Positions 60,890-64,000 of a DNA stretch of 64,000 bases are shown here, piece by piece (within the stretch, counting starts at the first letter, position 1; each line of letters begins with the position of its first letter). Origin of the DNA: Acidimicrobiia bacterium (lineage in GTDB: Bacteria > Actinomycetota > Acidimicrobiia > Spongiisociales > ZC4RG35); assembly GCA_035544615.1 (NCBI GenBank), contig DATKEA010000126.1:50-64049 (forward strand), in the 5' to 3' direction. The notes under the pieces are model-generated. The model was not told the DNA's origin and searched no databases. It saw nothing but the letters and a program-made list of their open reading frames with translations. Both the position numbers and the translations under genes were made by a program.

Positions 60890-62506
60890 TCATGGTGGCG
60901 TCCCTTCTTCGAACCTCGGGACGTACTCCTCGCGTAGCCGTCTCTTGTCGATCTTGCCGACACCGGTCTTGGGAAGCTCGTCGACGAAATGCACCCGGTC
61001 CGGCACCTGCCACGACGCCACCCGCTGGGAGAGGAATTGCTTGATCTCCTCCTCGCTCACCGTCGCCCCCTCGTGCACGACCACGATGGCGGCGGGACGC
61101 TCTCCCCAACGGTCGTGGGGCACCGCGACAATGGCCGATTCGCGGACTGAGGGATGGGCCGCGAGGAGCCGCTCCAGTTCTACCGAGCTGATCCACTCGC
61201 CGCCCGACTTGACCAGGTCCTTGGTGCGGTCGACGATCTCGAGCGTGCCGTCGGGGGCGACCCGGCCCACGTCACCGGTCCGCAGCCAGCCGTCTGTGAA
61301 CCGGTCGGTGTTGGCGTCATCGTCCGGGTTCAGGTAGGCGGCAGCCACCCAGGGCCCTCGTACCTGGATCTCGCCGACTGCGGTCCCGTCCCAGGGGAGG
61401 ACCATCCCGTCGTCGGAGACGAGTCGAAGCTCCACTGTGGGCGCCGGCACCCCTTGTTTGCCCCCTCGCTCCACGTCGGTGGCCCCGGCCGCGATCCAGT
61501 TGCCGGTCCCGCTCGGCGACATCTCGGTCATACCCCAGCCGTGAAAGAAGTCGATGCCTCGATTGGTGTACTTCTCGATCAGTGCGGGGGGAGCCTCGGC
61601 ACCCCCGCACAGGATCCGCTCGACCGAGGAGAGGTCGTGCTCGTCGGAGGAGAATGCCTGGTCCATCTGCACCCAGAATGTGGGGATGCCGGCGAGCACG
61701 GTGGGCCGCTCTGCCTCGACGAGGCGGGTCACGGCAACGGGAGTGGTATCGACCCCGGCGAAGACCAGGGAGGCGGGAGCGAGCCCGGCCGCATAGGGAA
61801 GACCCCAGCAGTTGACGTGGAACATCGGGGTCAAAGGCAGCACGACATCGCCGCGGCGGACCGCGTGCCCATCCACCATCAGCTCCGCCATCGAGTGGAG
61901 CACCACCGAGCGATGTGAGTAGACCACGGCCTTGGGACGACCCGTCGTGCCGCTGGTGAAGCAGATCGAGGCGGCATCGTTCTCGTCGACGCCGACCAGC
62001 CCCTCCGGTTCTACCGTGGCGAGAAGCTCCTCGTATCTCGGATCCTGGTCGAATGCCGGATCCACCTCAGCGCCGTCCTCCATCACCACGAACGCCCTGA
62101 CGTCCAGCCGGTGACGCAGCGAGGCCAGAGCAGGTGTGAGCGAGGCGTCGACGAAGATCACGCTGTCGTCGGCGTGACCCACCACGTAGTCGATCACGTC
62201 GGCATGGAGGCGCACGTTGATGGCATGGAGCACGCGTCCCGAGGAAGGGACCCCGTAGTACAGCTCCAGGTGCCGGTGACCGTTCCAGGCGAAGCTTCCC
62301 ACCACCGCCCCCTGAGGCACGCCCAGCGAGTCGAGGACACGCCCGATCCTGGCTGCCCGCTCGCCGACGTTGGGCCACGATCTCCGGTCGATGCCGGCAG
62401 GCTCGACCGAGACGATTCTCATCCCGTGTCCCAGTGATACCGCGCGCTGGAGAATCATCGGGATCGAAAGTGGTACGTCCTGCATGAGGCCTTTCAAAGC
62501 CACCAT
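60890..62506 (-). CDS. AMP-dependent acyl-CoA synthetase/ligase (long-chain fatty-acid-CoA ligase-like)
   Basis: MVALKGLMQDVPLSI start. FTSGTTGRPKAVVYSH AMP-binding motif, GWGMTE, and GWLRTGDVG...DRTKDLVKSGGEWIS. Confidence 0.85.
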   Translation of the reverse strand: MVALKGLMQDVPLSIPMILQRAVSLGHGMRIVSVEPAGIDRRSWPNVGERAARIGRVLDSLGVPQGAVVGSFAWNGHRHLELYYGVPSSGRVLHAINVRLHADVIDYVVGHADDSVIFVDASLTPALASLRHRLDVRAFVVMEDGAEVDPAFDQDPRYEELLATVEPEGLVGVDENDAASICFTSGTTGRPKAVVYSHRSVVLHSMAELMVDGHAVRRGDVVLPLTPMFHVNCWGLPYAAGLAPASLVFAGVDTTPVAVTRLVEAERPTVLAGIPTFWVQMDQAFSSDEHDLSSVERILCGGAEAPPALIEKYTNRGIDFFHGWGMTEMSPSGTGNWIAAGATDVERGGKQGVPAPTVELRLVSDDGMVLPWDGTAVGEIQVRGPWVAAAYLNPDDDANTDRFTDGWLRTGDVGRVAPDGTLEIVDRTKDLVKSGGEWISSVELERLLAAHPSVRESAIVAVPHDRWGERPAAIVVVHEGATVSEEEIKQFLSQRVASWQVPDRVHFVDELPKTGVGKIDKRRLREEYVPRFEEGTPP

Positions 62507-62552
62507 CCTCCACGCGGCTGGTCTCTCCGAATATATCAAGTAACTTGATAGC

Positions 62553-63443
62553 GTGAAGGCCGAGAGCCGATCATTCGCGGATGTCGTCGCGGTTGACTTC
62601 CACGTCCACGTGGAAGTTGGCCCCACCGGCGCGGATCATCTCAGCCCCGAGTTGCGCCAGGCCGCGATGCGATACTTCAAAGGCGATCTACAGCTCCCCA
62701 CCATCGACGAGATCGCCCAGCTCTACCGGGAGCGAAAGATGATGGCGGTCGTGTTCGGGCTCGACTCTGCGCTGACCACCGGCCAGCCCCGCATCCCTAA
62801 CGAGTTCGTCGTCGAGAAGGCTCGTGAGCACTCCGATGTGCTCATCCCGTTCGCCAGCATCGACCCGCGACGGGGTGGGGAGGCGGTCACCGAAGCGAAG
62901 GCTCTTCTCGCCGAGGGCTCGGTCCGCGGCTTCAAGTTTCACCCCAACATCCAGCAGTTCCACCCCGACGACCGACTCGCCTACCCGCTCTACGAGCTGA
63001 TCGAGGGCTCCGGCGCAGTTGCTCTCTTCCACACGGGGCACAGCGGTATCGGGTCCGGTCTCCCCGGTGGGGGAGGGATACGCCTGAAGTACGGCAATCC
63101 GATGGCGATGGACGACGTCGCTGTCGACTTCCCGGAGATGTCGATAGTGATGGCCCACCCCTCGTTCCCCTGGCAGGACGAGGCGCTGTCGGTCGCCATG
63201 CACAAGCCACAGGTCGCCATCGATCTCTCGGGATGGTCACCGAAACGGTTCCCGCCGCAGCTGGTCAAGGCCATGGCCACCAACCTGGCCGGCCAGACGC
63301 TGTTCGGATCGGACTTCCCACTGATCACCCCGGACCGTTGGATGGAAGACTTCGCCACTCTCGAGCTGAACGACGAGGTGAGGGAGGCGATACTCAAGGA
63401 GAACGCGCTCCGAATCCTTGGTATCGGGGACGCCGCTGGATAG
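62553..63443 (+). CDS. metal-dependent TIM-barrel amidohydrolase (amidohydrolase_2-like)
   Basis: VDFHVHVE N-terminal HxH, FHTGH and MAHPSFPW. GTG start. Confidence 0.8.
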   Translation: MKAESRSFADVVAVDFHVHVEVGPTGADHLSPELRQAAMRYFKGDLQLPTIDEIAQLYRERKMMAVVFGLDSALTTGQPRIPNEFVVEKAREHSDVLIPFASIDPRRGGEAVTEAKALLAEGSVRGFKFHPNIQQFHPDDRLAYPLYELIEGSGAVALFHTGHSGIGSGLPGGGGIRLKYGNPMAMDDVAVDFPEMSIVMAHPSFPWQDEALSVAMHKPQVAIDLSGWSPKRFPPQLVKAMATNLAGQTLFGSDFPLITPDRWMEDFATLELNDEVREAILKENALRILGIGDAAG

Positions 63444-63499
63444 AAGAAGCCGACACTGGACCCAGGTGCCGTTGGAGGATGTCCTATCTTGTTGGACCA

Positions 63500-64000
63500 A
63501 TGAAAGGAACGAGCTCGGAGCCGAGCGCCACCTCCCTCGCCGTCACTGCACCACACCGGCGCCCTCTGGCCCGGGCCAGGTCGCAGCGACTCCTCGTGAC
63601 GCTCTTCGGTGACTACTGGGCTCTGGGGAGCGATCCGCTCCCATCGTCGGGATTGGTACACGTCCTCGAGGAGTTCGGCATTGCCAAGGCCAATGCCCGG
63701 GCCGCTCTACAGCGGCTCACCCAGAAAGGGGTGCTGATTCGGACCAAGGAAGGACGCCGGACCAGCTATGAGCCGAGCCAGGCCACGGTGCGCATACTGG
63801 AGCGGGGTCGTTCCCGAATCTTTTCCCGCGACGAGGAATTCCCATGGGATGGCAGTTGGACTCTCATCGCCTTCTCGCTCCCGATCGAAGATGGCCCGCG
63901 GCGCCGGCTGCTCCGGTCCCGCCTGCGCTGGTTGACCTTCTGGCCCATCTTCGACGCCACCTGGGTCACACCCCATGACCGCTTCGATGCCGCCCACGAG
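63500..64000 (+). CDS. PaaX-family transcriptional regulator, 3'-truncated by the window end
   Basis: ATG 63500. LLVTLFGDYW...LVHVLEEFGIAKANARAALQRLTQKGVLIRTKEGRRTSYEPS is the PaaX N-terminal wHTH pattern. No stop occurs before 64000. Confidence 0.75.
   Translation, partial: MKGTSSEPSATSLAVTAPHRRPLARARSQRLLVTLFGDYWALGSDPLPSSGLVHVLEEFGIAKANARAALQRLTQKGVLIRTKEGRRTSYEPSQATVRILERGRSRIFSRDEEFPWDGSWTLIAFSLPIEDGPRRRLLRSRLRWLTFWPIFDATWVTPHDRFDAAHE

Overview
High-GC (Actinomycetota-like, inferred only) chromosomal window with about 60 protein-coding genes. I saw no rRNA, intact tRNA, CRISPR array, transposase or integrase. Everything here comes from reading the sequence and ORF translations by eye; family names are motif-level recognition, not database hits.

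Layout:
- 0.2-6.4 kb: small accessory modules. These are a GYD protein, an SRPBCC protein, an Rrf2 regulator with a small protein, a phd/doc pair with frameshifted doc, a class V aminotransferase and two vapBC-type pairs.
- 6.6-17.6 kb: a divergent seven-gene cluster. It combines a DUF4062-like/NB-ARC STAND NTPase, two TIR proteins, a lipoprotein, an alpha/beta hydrolase, a TPR-trypsin protease and a SLOG-like protein. Three of these are single-pass membrane proteins with cytosolic TIR-like heads and extracytoplasmic cadherin-like or beta-rich tails.
- 17.8-21.4 kb: a flavin monooxygenase, an ATP-grasp ligase and a Pro-rich repeat membrane protein.
- 21.5-39.3 kb: a surface polysaccharide locus.
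- 39.4-44.2 kb: more small modules. These are a methyltransferase, a HEPN/MNT pair, a frameshifted GNAT, a DUF1801-like protein, a decayed vapC copy and LtrA.
- 44.2-50.1 kb: a tandem-cyclase/AAA/TPR giant, a secreted protein and a small membrane protein.
- 50.2-64 kb: housekeeping-like genes. These are a second LtrA, amidohydrolases, a sucrose-phosphorylase-like enzyme, an aminotransferase, a liv-type ABC transporter, an acyl-CoA synthetase and a PaaX-like regulator.

Main signals:
- A 17-mer family (consensus CACGTCCCGTTTCCCTA) is present in about 16 copies. All are on the + strand and intergenic, and all lie within the first 44.2 kb. The copies sit at module boundaries, giving a cassette-array-like architecture without canonical integron features.
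- One of the units bounded by these copies is the TIR/STAND/protease/hydrolase/SLOG cluster. It does not match any named defence system I know.
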